The notes under the pieces: model-generated
What the model was told of the DNA's origin: nothing
The model's input: only the letters and a program-made list of their open reading frames with translations
The model's database searches: none
Program-made: the position numbers and the translations under genes
Shown here: piece by piece, positions 1 through 9,113 of the stretch
Layout: each line of letters opens with the position of its first letter
Numbering within the stretch: the first letter of the stretch is position 1
Assembly: GCA_965204745.1 (NCBI GenBank)
Contig: OZ242010.1
Location: 5,280,001-5,344,000 of the forward strand
Direction of reading: 5' to 3'
DNA length: 64,000 nt
From: Candidatus Latescibacterota bacterium
GTDB taxonomy: Bacteria; Latescibacterota; UBA2968

Positions 1-2
1 GG

Positions 3-2711
3 ACGCTGGTTCCGGCCTTCGATGGTTCTCTCTCCTACACGGCGACCGTGGCGAACAGCATCGACAGACTGACCGTTACGCCGACGAGCGATCACAACGG
101 CGCCACGATCACGGTGAACGGCACTTCGGTATCGAGTGGCAGTGCGAGCAGTGCCATTTCCCTCAGTGTGGGCGAAAACACCATTACCATAGTGGTTGCC
201 GCAGAAGATGGGACGACGAAAACCTACACAGTGACCGTTGAGCGCGGCGCGAACATCCCCGACGCCAACTTGCGTGCTGCCATTGAGGGCGCACTGAAAA
301 AATCAAGCGGTGCGATCATTACCCCAAGTGAGATGGCGACCCTAACCCACCTTTATGCTAGGGGGATTAGTGATATGACCGGGCTTGAGTATGCAATCAG
401 CCTGGATACGCTGTCTCTTCAACGCAGCGGCATCTCTGATATCTCTGCCCTGTCGGGCTTAACCAGCCTGACAACGCTGAATCTTTACCGCAACACCAAC
501 CTCTCTGATATCTCTGCCCTGTCGGGCTTAACCAGCCTGACAACGCTGAATCTTCAATTAAACCCCATCTCTGATATCTCTGCCCTGTCGGGCTTAACCA
601 GCCTGAAAGAGCTGGTTCTTGTCAGCAACAACCTCTCTGATATCTCTGCCCTGTCGGGCTTAACCAGCCTGACAACGCTGAATCTTTTCGGCCCCAGCCT
701 CTCTGATATCTCTGCCCTGTCGGGCTTAACCAACTTGGAACTTCTGGATATTGGCGGCGCCAACCTCTCTGATATCTCTGCCCTGTCGGGCTTAACTAGC
801 CTGACAACGCTGTGGCTTCCCGGCAACCGCATCTCTGATATCTCTGCCCTGTCGGGCTTAACCAGCCTGAGAGATCTGTCTCTTCACCGCAACCGCATCT
901 CTGATATCTCTGCCCTGTCGGGCTTAACCAGCCTGAAAGATCTGGAACTTAGGTTTAATCCCTTGAACTATCCTTCCCTCTCAACCCACATCCCGGCTCT
1001 CCAGAGCCGAGGCGTTGATGTATTCTATGATACCCGCACTTTGACCAGTTTGGTAAAAATCTCGGGCGACGACCAAACCGGCACGGCTGGTTCTCGCCTG
1101 TCCGATCCGTTCATCGTTGAAGTCCGGGATCAGAACGATGTTGCCTTTGCCGGGGTGCCGGTCACTTTTTCGGTCACGGCGGGTGGAGGGTCGCTCAGTA
1201 CCACAACCGATACCACAGACGCCAATGGTCGCGCTTCGACGAGGTTGACGCTGGGTGCTGTGGGCGCGAATACAGTTAAGGCAATTATCGACGTCGCGGA
1301 TATTGACAAGTCCGTGACCTTCACCGTGACGGCCGCGCAGGTGACGGGGCCTGTCACAGTGGTGACAGAACCGGGGCAAGTGACGGGTGTGACAGTCGCG
1401 CCTGGCGAGGGCTATTTGGGCGTGTCGTGGGATGCGGTGAACGGGGCGACCGGTTACAAAGTGCAGTGGAAATCCGGGGATGCGGTGTACGCCTCCGACC
1501 GTCAGCAAGTCATCGACAACGGTGGCAAGACGAGTGCGACAATCGCCGGTCTGACCGCAGGCACGGAATACACTGTGCGCGTCATCGCCACCCTGACCAA
1601 CGCCGACGATGGCCCGCCCTCGGTGGACGTGACGGGGACGCCCAGTGACAGACCGCCCTCGCCGCCCCCTGCTCCGCCCGACCCCACCCCAGACTATCTG
1701 CCATCCTTCAAAGGTTCAACTGTGACCGCGCAACGCTATCGGACGGGGACAGCCATCAACATCACCTTGCCGCAGGCAACCGGCGGCGATGAGGCACTGA
1801 CCTACGCCCTAACGCCCGCTCTGCCTTCGGGGTTGAGCTTTGACGCAAAAACGCGGGAACTGTCTGGCACGCCGGGCGAGATAATGGACGAAACCGAATA
1901 CACGCTAACTGCAACCGATACAGATGGCGATGCGACGACATTGACCTTCACGCTCGTGGTCGCAGCGGATCGGCTACCATCCTTCAGCGATGCGACGCGG
2001 GTTGCCGCACAACGCCATGAGCAAGGCACGACCATTGCGCCGCTGACCCTGCCCACTGCCACCGGTGGCGATGAGGCACTGACCTACGCCCTAACGCCCG
2101 CTCTGCCTTCGGGACTGACCTTTGACGCAAAAACGCGCGTGTTGTCCGGTACCCCACAAGAGGCACTGGACGCAACCGAATATACATTGACTGCAACCGA
2201 TTCAGATGGCGATGTAGCGACATTGACGTTCACGCTCGCGGTCATAGCGGACCGACTGCCTGCCTTTGGCGATGGGACACGGGTTGCCGCGCAACGCTAC
2301 TTCATCGGGGACAACGTCCACATGACCCTGCCCGAAGCCACCGGCGGCGATGGCACGCTGGTCTATATCCTACTGCCGTTCCTACCGAGCGGGTTGCGAT
2401 TCGACTCGGCCACGCACACGATCTCCGGCACGCCGAGCAGGGTGCTGACCGAGACCGAATACACTTTGTCGGCGTTTGATGCAGATGGCGATTTCGCCTC
2501 GCTGACGTTCACCCTTGAAGTGCAACCACTGACCGCCGACTTCAATGGCGATGGTCAGGTTAATTTTGCCGACTTCATGTCCTTTTTCGGCAAGTTTGGG
2601 ACGCGCCGAGGCGATGCGGAGTACGATGCGCGGTACGATCTCGACAGCGATGGCGAAATTGGAGCTTCCGATGGCCAGATCTTCATCGACCAATTCGGCA
2701 CTGGCGGTTGA
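3..2711 (+). CDS. Multidomain surface protein, 5' truncated by the window: cadherin-like beta-sandwich, internalin-type LRRs, Ig-like, FN3, Pro-rich linker, 3 He_PIG-like Ig domains, C-terminal EF-hand/dockerin-like domain
   Basis: Frame is open from base 3 (TLVPAFDGSLSYTATVANS). Motifs: IPDANLRAAI LRR cap, 8x SDISALSGLT, KISGDDQTG Ig domain, ATGYKVQWKSG FN3, LPSGLSFD..TR.LSGTP x3, DFNGDGQVNFADF...YDLDSDGEIG. Confidence 0.9.
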   Translation, partial: TLVPAFDGSLSYTATVANSIDRLTVTPTSDHNGATITVNGTSVSSGSASSAISLSVGENTITIVVAAEDGTTKTYTVTVERGANIPDANLRAAIEGALKKSSGAIITPSEMATLTHLYARGISDMTGLEYAISLDTLSLQRSGISDISALSGLTSLTTLNLYRNTNLSDISALSGLTSLTTLNLQLNPISDISALSGLTSLKELVLVSNNLSDISALSGLTSLTTLNLFGPSLSDISALSGLTNLELLDIGGANLSDISALSGLTSLTTLWLPGNRISDISALSGLTSLRDLSLHRNRISDISALSGLTSLKDLELRFNPLNYPSLSTHIPALQSRGVDVFYDTRTLTSLVKISGDDQTGTAGSRLSDPFIVEVRDQNDVAFAGVPVTFSVTAGGGSLSTTTDTTDANGRASTRLTLGAVGANTVKAIIDVADIDKSVTFTVTAAQVTGPVTVVTEPGQVTGVTVAPGEGYLGVSWDAVNGATGYKVQWKSGDAVYASDRQQVIDNGGKTSATIAGLTAGTEYTVRVIATLTNADDGPPSVDVTGTPSDRPPSPPPAPPDPTPDYLPSFKGSTVTAQRYRTGTAINITLPQATGGDEALTYALTPALPSGLSFDAKTRELSGTPGEIMDETEYTLTATDTDGDATTLTFTLVVAADRLPSFSDATRVAAQRHEQGTTIAPLTLPTATGGDEALTYALTPALPSGLTFDAKTRVLSGTPQEALDATEYTLTATDSDGDVATLTFTLAVIADRLPAFGDGTRVAAQRYFIGDNVHMTLPEATGGDGTLVYILLPFLPSGLRFDSATHTISGTPSRVLTETEYTLSAFDADGDFASLTFTLEVQPLTADFNGDGQVNFADFMSFFGKFGTRRGDAEYDARYDLDSDGEIGASDGQIFIDQFGTGG
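432..935 (+). repeat. Eight 66-69 bp coding tandem repeats (LRR units) with near-identical DNA core
   Basis: Core tctctgatatctctgccctgtcgggcttaac recurs at about 432, 501, 567, 633, 699, 765, 831 and 897, in frame. Confidence 0.95.
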
Positions 2712-2730
2712 CGCACGAAAAACGATGTTC

Positions 2731-2775
2731 AAAAAAAAGCCCGGGTTCGCAAGGAACTCGGGCTTGTTGTTTTTG
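2731..2775 (+). terminator. Intrinsic terminator
   Basis: aagcccgggttc-gcaag-gaactcgggctt hairpin followed by gttgttttt, 20 bp after the stop codon. Confidence 0.8.
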
Positions 2776-2803
2776 GTCTGCGCGTCGATTCGCGCTTGGC
2801 GTA

Positions 2804-2890
2804 TTAGTGCCCACGCCCGATTTTGATGGCGATGGGCAGGTGACTTTCGCCGACTTCTTGACCTTTGCGGGCAAGTTCGGCACGGGACAA
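2804..2890 (+). pseudogene. Orphan fragment of the EF-hand/dockerin-like C-terminal domain
   Basis: Translates LVPTPDFDGDGQVTFADFLTFAGKFGT, paralogous to the C-terminus of the upstream gene. Lies after the terminator with no credible start. Confidence 0.7.
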
Positions 2891-2973
2891 ACAGACGGGA
2901 CAGACCGATGGGAAATACATTTACTTTCGCGTTGTAGCGGATGGATCAGAGCAAAATGAATGAAAGGTTCAGG

Positions 2974-3175
2974 TCACTTGACCGCCGCCACCAGTGCGAA
3001 TGCGCGGGGATCGCCTTTTTTGCTCGCCAAGCGCGTGGCTCGGCGGATGATCTGGCGCGTTTGTCGGGTCGCGTCTTGTGCCCAGCGCGTCATCGCGGCA
3101 TAAGCCACCTCGGGATTGTCTTTGAGAATATCGCTCAGATTCCCGCCCACGGAGTGGCGCACTTAATCTGCGGTT
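2974..3175 (-). pseudogene. Remnant of a DNA alkylation repair (AlkC/AlkD-like HEAT-repeat) gene
   Basis: D*VRHSVGGNLSDILKDNP...W...IIRRATR...KKGDPRA resembles the family motif YVRRSVANxLNDIxKDxP (recalled). TAA sits where Tyr is expected and the N-terminal part is absent. Confidence 0.55.
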
Positions 3176-3270
3176 GATTTTGGGCGGGAATGTGGTATAT
3201 TGTGGTGCGGCTGCCCTTGGACGCTTTGAGCAAGCGGCCTATCCCTCACCCATATTTCAAAGGTCATATT

Positions 3271-6200
3271 ATGAAACTCTCCGAATACGCGATTGACAAA
3301 CCCATTACCACAGTGATGGCCGCGCTGAGTCTCGTGGTCATCGGATTTATCTCCCTGTTCAGATTGCCCCTCGAATACGCGCCGGACTTGCAGTATCCCA
3401 GAATGTACGTGGGGTTTTCGTATCCCTCGTCGTCGCCGGAAGAGATCGAGCGGAAAATCACCAAGCCCATCGAAGAAATGATGGGCACGATTTCCGGGAT
3501 CGAGTCCATCCGAGCGCGGTCTTATGGCAGTCGGGGGTACGTGTTCATGGAATTTGACTATGGCACGGACATGGAACTCAAGTCGATTCAAGTGCGCGAC
3601 CGCATCGATCAGGTTCGCAACTTACTGCCCGAAGACTTGGAGACCATCGAAACGCGCCGATGGGATTCGTCCGATTGGGAAATTTTGGACTACAACATGA
3701 CGTGGCTAGGCGACGATCCCTCGGAACTCGCCACCGTGTATAAAACCACCATCTTGCCCCGCTTACAACGCATTCCCGGGGTGGGCAATGTGGAAATGGA
3801 AGGCGCGGATGAAAAAATCCTCAGAGTCGATGTGGATCAAAACCGCATGCACGCGCATGGCTTGGACATTCGCACCCTCAACAGAACGATTCGGACGAAC
3901 AACATCAACATCTCGGGCGGGTACGTCACCGATGGCGGCAAACGCCTCGCGGTGCGCGCGGTCGGCGAATTTGACGAAGTCGATCAAATCCGCGATCTCG
4001 ACTTGCCCAATGGCCTCGAGATAAAAGACGTGGCGCAGGTGAGTTACGACTATCCGGAAAAGCGGTACTTCGAACGCTTGGACGGGCGAGACGCGGTCTC
4101 GATGGAAATTCGCAAAACCTCCACCGCCAATCTGGTCGAAACGTGCAGGCTGGTCAGGGCAGAAATCGAAGCCCTACAAGACGACATCGGGCGCGACAAA
4201 TTGCGCCTGCATCTGCGCCGCGACCAATCCGAAGCCGTGATCGCGGGCATCGCGGACCTGGGGCAATCGGCTATCTTGGGGGGCATGCTGGCGATTTGCA
4301 TCATCTTTGTCTTCTTGCGAAACTTCCGCAGCACGCTCATCGTCGGCTCTGCCATTCCCATTTCCGTCTTGTGCGTTTTCGTGATCATGTATTTGATGCG
4401 GCAGGTTTTTGGATCGACCATCACCTTGAACATGATCTCGATGATGGGCCTGATGGTCGCCATTGGGATGCTGGTCGATCCCGCTGTGGTGGCATTGGAG
4501 AATATCTATCGCAGGCGCTTTGACGAAGGCGACGGCGTGCGCGACGCGGCGATAGAGGGCAGCAGGGAAATCGGCATCCCGGTGCTGGCGGCCGCGCTGA
4601 CGACGATCTGCGTGTTCGTCCCCCTCATTTTTATCTCTGGCTCGTACAACACCATGTGGATGCGCGACTTTGCCATCACCGTTTGCATTTCCGTGGTCGC
4701 GGCCATGTGCGTGGCCTTGAGCCTCATTCCGCTGGCGTGTTCGCGGGCCTTTGCCTCTGCTGGCAACCGCGTGGATCTCGCGTTGAAACTCGGCTTGGGC
4801 GCGCTGTTTTGCGCGGGCGCGATCTACCTCATCCACCGGGAGGGCCTCGCGGAATCGGGCGCGTGGATCGCGGAAAACGCGCTGTGGCTTTTGGGCGGGC
4901 TCGCCACCGTGGCCATAAGCGTTTGGCTCGCACTCGGCGCGGCCGTCGCAACGCTGGCCTTTTTCTATTTTCGCCTGCGGCACCTCGGCCTCAAGGGCGT
5001 GTACGCGCGCGTCATCGGCACGACCCTGCACTATCGTTGGACCACGGTTGTGGTCGCCACGTTCATCTTGTTCAGCGGCATCTACATCTTCACCAAAATC
5101 GAAGTCCAACGCTACCGCTATCAACCCAACCGCATGGTGGGCTATACGGTGGAAATCCCGCGCACGTACGACATCGACGACGCGCTCGTCCTCTACAAAC
5201 AAATCGAAGCCATCCTGTTGCCGCACAAGGAAGAACTCGACATCGAAGCCATCAAAACCCGGTTCAGCACTCGGCGCGGCAATACGATCTATCTGTACCT
5301 CAAACCCGCTGAAGAAAGCGCGTACAGCACGGATGAAGTTCAAAAAAAGGTGACCGTGCTGTTGCCCAAAGACATCCCCGGCGTGCGCTTTAAGTCGGGC
5401 TTCAGGCGCAGGGGCAGCAGTGGCACGGGCGTGGGCATCGAAATCAAGGGCAGAAACCAGGAAGTGCTGGCGATTTTGGCCGAAGACATCCGCCTGCGAA
5501 TGGACGACATCGCGGGCATCCACACCGTCGAGACCAGCTTGGAAAGCGGCACCGAGGAAATTCGCGTGTCCGTGAACCGCACGCGGGCGCAGCAATTTGG
5601 CCTGTCGTCCCAACAAATTGCCAGCACGGTCGCCACGGCCTTGGGCGCGCGCGGGAACAGCAAGTTCAAAACGCCGGATGGGGAAATCGACATCGCCTTG
5701 CAACTGCGAGAAGAGGACCGCGCCACGCTGGACCAACTCAAAACCCTGTCTTTTGAAAGCGACCAAGGCAGCATGATTTCATTTGCCAGCCTCGCGGACT
5801 TTGAATTGACCAAAGGCCCGCAGTCTATCGAACGCCAAGATCGCATGTCCACCGTGACCGTCTTCGCCAATACCGAGGCGTCCGAGGTGCAAAAGGTCGG
5901 CTTTGAAATGCGCGACCGCATGGACGCCATCCCCTTGCCCAAGGGGTATAGCTGGCAGATGGATCGCCGGTTTCGGTACATGGCGGCTGAAGAGGGGGAA
6001 AGTAATTTCACGATGGTTTTTGCCGCGCTGCTCATCTACCTGATCATGGCGTCCCTGTTTGAATCCTACATCCACCCGTTCACGATCATGTTTTCCATCA
6101 GCTTTGCGTTTATCGGCGTGGCGCTGGGGCTTTACATTTTTGGCGTGGTGCTCGACAGCAACGCGACTTATGGGTTGCTCATCTTGTTCGGCATTGTGGT

Positions 6201-6537
6201 CAACAACGGCATTGTGCTCATCGACCACATCAACCGGTATCGCAAGCAGGGCCTGTATCGCAGAGACGCGATTTTGCGCGGGGGGCAAGATCGCCTGCGC
6301 CCCATTTTGATGACCGCCACCACGACCATTTTGGGCCTCGCGCCGCTGGTGATCCCGATGATCTACGGCAATGTGGAAGGCAATGCGCGCCGCTGGGGCC
6401 CCATCGGCTTGGTGATCATCTCCGGCCTGTCGATTTCCACGGTCCTCACTGTGGTCATCCTGCCGACCATCTACTCCCTGATGGACGATCTCTCCGGCTA
6501 CGCAAAGCGCGTCGTCGCCGTGGCAAAACGGGCATGA
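3271..6537 (+). CDS. RND efflux transporter permease (AcrB/AcrD/AcrF family), 1088 aa
   Basis: N-terminus MKLSEYAIDKPITT, SPEEIERKITKPIEE, GMLVD.AVV.LENI, GIVVNNGIVLID, RLRPILMT. Start moved from 3190 to ATG 3271. Confidence 0.93.
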   Translation: MKLSEYAIDKPITTVMAALSLVVIGFISLFRLPLEYAPDLQYPRMYVGFSYPSSSPEEIERKITKPIEEMMGTISGIESIRARSYGSRGYVFMEFDYGTDMELKSIQVRDRIDQVRNLLPEDLETIETRRWDSSDWEILDYNMTWLGDDPSELATVYKTTILPRLQRIPGVGNVEMEGADEKILRVDVDQNRMHAHGLDIRTLNRTIRTNNINISGGYVTDGGKRLAVRAVGEFDEVDQIRDLDLPNGLEIKDVAQVSYDYPEKRYFERLDGRDAVSMEIRKTSTANLVETCRLVRAEIEALQDDIGRDKLRLHLRRDQSEAVIAGIADLGQSAILGGMLAICIIFVFLRNFRSTLIVGSAIPISVLCVFVIMYLMRQVFGSTITLNMISMMGLMVAIGMLVDPAVVALENIYRRRFDEGDGVRDAAIEGSREIGIPVLAAALTTICVFVPLIFISGSYNTMWMRDFAITVCISVVAAMCVALSLIPLACSRAFASAGNRVDLALKLGLGALFCAGAIYLIHREGLAESGAWIAENALWLLGGLATVAISVWLALGAAVATLAFFYFRLRHLGLKGVYARVIGTTLHYRWTTVVVATFILFSGIYIFTKIEVQRYRYQPNRMVGYTVEIPRTYDIDDALVLYKQIEAILLPHKEELDIEAIKTRFSTRRGNTIYLYLKPAEESAYSTDEVQKKVTVLLPKDIPGVRFKSGFRRRGSSGTGVGIEIKGRNQEVLAILAEDIRLRMDDIAGIHTVETSLESGTEEIRVSVNRTRAQQFGLSSQQIASTVATALGARGNSKFKTPDGEIDIALQLREEDRATLDQLKTLSFESDQGSMISFASLADFELTKGPQSIERQDRMSTVTVFANTEASEVQKVGFEMRDRMDAIPLPKGYSWQMDRRFRYMAAEEGESNFTMVFAALLIYLIMASLFESYIHPFTIMFSISFAFIGVALGLYIFGVVLDSNATYGLLILFGIVVNNGIVLIDHINRYRKQGLYRRDAILRGGQDRLRPILMTATTTILGLAPLVIPMIYGNVEGNARRWGPIGLVIISGLSISTVLTVVILPTIYSLMDDLSGYAKRVVAVAKRA

Positions 6538-6554
6538 GCACATTCTCGCAACGC

Positions 6555-6593
6555 AAAACGCCGTGCAGAAACGACCCTGCACGGCGTTTTTTT
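6555..6593 (+). terminator. Intrinsic terminator
   Basis: aaaacgccgtgcag-aaacgacc-ctgcacggcgttttttt. Confidence 0.85.
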
Positions 6594-6667
6594 CGCGCTT
6601 GTAATATCCGAGTCTTTTCCATAAGTTGGGGCGTTCAATGATTAGCTCAATTTTCAGGAGGGGCGAC

Positions 6668-7552
6668 ATGGTCTTTGGAGAAGGGGATTATCGGTACGAA
6701 GAAGTGGATGATTGGGCGAAATTGCCCGAGGGCTGGGTGTTCACGCAGGTGTCGGACGCCGCGGTGGATTCGCAGGGGCGCATTTACGCATTTACGCGCG
6801 GGGTTCACCCGGTGATCGTGTTTGACAAAGCCGGCAATTTCATCACGTCTTGGGGATATGGCGATTTTGGGATTTCCCCGAACCTGATCAGCCAATCGCA
6901 CGGCATTTTCATCGACCCAGAAGACAAGGTGTTTTTGACCGATTCTTACCAGCACATCGTTAGGCGTTATACCCGCTTGGGTGAGTTGGAACGCGAATGG
7001 GGCAACCGCGGCGTGCCCTCTCCGGCCTTTCGCCGCGGGGAATACAACATGCCCACCGGCGTCGCGTTCGCGCCCGATGGCGAGTCGTTTTACGTGTCGG
7101 ACGGCTACGCCAATATGCTCGTCCACAAGTACTCGCGCGGCGGCGAGCACTTGGCAACGTGGGGCGAAGCCGGGCATGGCCCCGGGCAATTCTCATTGGT
7201 TCACAACATCGGTTGCGATAAGACGGGGCGGGTTTTGGTGTGTGACCGCGAGAACAGTCGCATTCAGGTTTTCGATCCAGAGGGCAAATTCATCGAGGCC
7301 TGGACCGATTTGATGATGCCGGGCGACGTGTGGATCACCGATGACAATGCGATTTACGTGGCCGAGCAAGGCGGCGGCGGGCGCGTCAGCGTTTGGTCTC
7401 CGGACGGCGAATTGATCTGCCGATTTGCAGACCCGAGCGCGGTGCAATCCCCGCACGGCCTGTGCGTGGATGACGAGGGTAGCATCTACGTCGCCGAAAT
7501 CGGCACAGAGGGGCAGGGACAGCGGTTGCAGAAATTTGCGAGGGTCAGGTGA
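6668..7552 (+). CDS. NHL-repeat beta-propeller (peptidyl-alpha-hydroxyglycine alpha-amidating lyase-like family)
   Basis: WAKLPEGW, AVDSQGRIY, PTGVAFAPDG, YVSDGYAN, GPGQF..VHNI, VCDRENSRIQVF. SD aggag before ATG 6668. Confidence 0.85.
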   Translation: MVFGEGDYRYEEVDDWAKLPEGWVFTQVSDAAVDSQGRIYAFTRGVHPVIVFDKAGNFITSWGYGDFGISPNLISQSHGIFIDPEDKVFLTDSYQHIVRRYTRLGELEREWGNRGVPSPAFRRGEYNMPTGVAFAPDGESFYVSDGYANMLVHKYSRGGEHLATWGEAGHGPGQFSLVHNIGCDKTGRVLVCDRENSRIQVFDPEGKFIEAWTDLMMPGDVWITDDNAIYVAEQGGGGRVSVWSPDGELICRFADPSAVQSPHGLCVDDEGSIYVAEIGTEGQGQRLQKFARVR

Positions 7553-7588
7553 TACACTCCCCGTTGCGGGGAAGGGCCATATTAGTTT

Positions 7589-7628
7589 AAGGCGAGAGAT
7601 CAGATCGATCTCTCGCCTTTTATTTTTG
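7589..7628 (+). terminator. Intrinsic terminator between convergent genes
   Basis: aaggcgagagatc-agatc-gatctctcgcctt followed by a T-rich tract. Confidence 0.8.
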
Positions 7629-7724
7629 GCTTTCAGCAACAGGAGCCCAGTGCCTCGTCAGGGTTTTCTTTCCGCAGAAAGTTTGTTTGTCTCGGCAACT
7701 CTTGAACGAAAAATTATCGCTGCG

Positions 7725-9092
7725 TCAAATAAACCCAATCGCCCGCCAGTAGCGCAGGGTTAGGGGAAGCAGTACCGCGAGCGTGAGCGCGGAAATCAGG
7801 GACATGACGAGGACAAATTGTCCCATTCGGGCGTAGCGAAATCCGTACGCAATAATAAAGGGCGCGCTTTGATAGGGGATGAAAACCACGCCCGTGCCGA
7901 TAGCCAGGCTGAGCGCGACGGGCAGGGGCGATAGGCCGAGTTGCGGGCCGAGGTCGAGCAAAACCGGAGCGAGCACCCCGCCGACCGCAGCGGTATCCAT
8001 CAAAAAATCAAAGGGCACAGCCAAGCAGGCCATGAGCGCGAGTTGGGCAGTCGGGGTGTCGAGGGTTTGGAGATGGGGGATGAACGCGGACGCGAGCGCG
8101 CGGTTGAGGCCAGACTGTTCGAGTGCATGACCTATCGCAAAGATCGAGGAAATGAAGATGAGCAGGGGAAAATTGACTTTTTTGAGGGTGTCAAAAGGCA
8201 GAGGGCCCCAGCCGGGCAAATAGCAGAGGAGCACGAGGCCCAGGCCCACATAGACCGGATGGATGCCGTGCATCGCGTCCGTCGTCCACATGACCATCCC
8301 GGCGATGAGAATGCCGAGCACCTTTTTCTCGGCTCGGGTGATCCGTGCGGGCACATCCGCGGGCGGGCGACGCGAGAGATCGGGTTGTCGCGCAGGGCGA
8401 AACAGCAACGAGATGAGGCCGTAGAGCAAGGCAACGCGCAACAGCCCGATGATGGGAAAGAGATAATACGCCCACGCGCTCCAATAGACCGAGAGGTCGC
8501 GCGATTCGAGCACGCCGAGGATGACCAAATTGGGCACGCTGGCCGTCAGAATGCCCGTGCCGCTGTAATACGTGGCGCAAGTCAGGGAGAGGACGAGGCC
8601 CGCGCTGACCTTTGAACCGGGCACTTCCCCAAGGGTTTTGAGCAGGGCAACGACTATCGGCATCATGATGAGGACGCGCACGACCCCAGAGGGAATCAGC
8701 AATGCCATAGCCACGCCGAGGATGTGCAGGCCCAAGACGAGTTGCCAATACCTATCCACGCGGTTGAGCACGAATTGAGCCAGTCGCGCGCCCAGCGGGG
8801 TTTCCGTGATGCCCAAGCTCAAGGCCATGCCCGCAAAAACGAGCCACACGGCTTTGCCGGAAAAACCTTGAAACGCGGTTTCAAAGGGCAGAACATCCAA
8901 AAGCGGAAAGAGCGCGAGGACGAAAATGGCGGTGTAGGAGATCGGGACGGGTTCAAACGTCCAGAAGATAACGGTCAGCGCAGTCAACGCGAGGGCCAAC
9001 CGTGCGGATGGGATGAGGTCGCCGGGCAAGAGGAGGATGAGCAGGAACAGGACAGGCCCGAGGATGAGGCCGATGGTTTGGGAGTGAGGCAT
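7725..9092 (-). CDS. SLC13/DASS family anion permease
   Basis: 455 aa, highly hydrophobic. FWTFEPVP, IPSGVVR, LTASVPN, IPYQSAP motifs. Confidence 0.85.
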   Translation of the reverse strand: MPHSQTIGLILGPVLFLLILLLPGDLIPSARLALALTALTVIFWTFEPVPISYTAIFVLALFPLLDVLPFETAFQGFSGKAVWLVFAGMALSLGITETPLGARLAQFVLNRVDRYWQLVLGLHILGVAMALLIPSGVVRVLIMMPIVVALLKTLGEVPGSKVSAGLVLSLTCATYYSGTGILTASVPNLVILGVLESRDLSVYWSAWAYYLFPIIGLLRVALLYGLISLLFRPARQPDLSRRPPADVPARITRAEKKVLGILIAGMVMWTTDAMHGIHPVYVGLGLVLLCYLPGWGPLPFDTLKKVNFPLLIFISSIFAIGHALEQSGLNRALASAFIPHLQTLDTPTAQLALMACLAVPFDFLMDTAAVGGVLAPVLLDLGPQLGLSPLPVALSLAIGTGVVFIPYQSAPFIIAYGFRYARMGQFVLVMSLISALTLAVLLPLTLRYWRAIGFI

Positions 9093-9093
9093 A

Positions 9094-9113
9094 GTCAGTT
9101 GTCAGTTGTCAGT
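9094..9113. repeat. Heptamer short tandem repeat (GTCAGTT)3; other copies at 10241-10264 and 13546-13572
   Basis: Read directly from the sequence. Confidence 0.85.

Noticed and set aside
432-935. CRISPR-like pattern of constant repeat plus variable spacer
   Set aside because: The period is a multiple of 3, it lies in frame within an LRR protein, the spacers are mutually homologous, and no cas genes are present.
4174-5766. Long antisense ORFs (also 23824-24885, 27569-28606, 33039-34337, 57839-59002, 61115-63469)
   Set aside because: Shadow frames opposite well-supported genes in GC-rich DNA, with no recognisable motifs.
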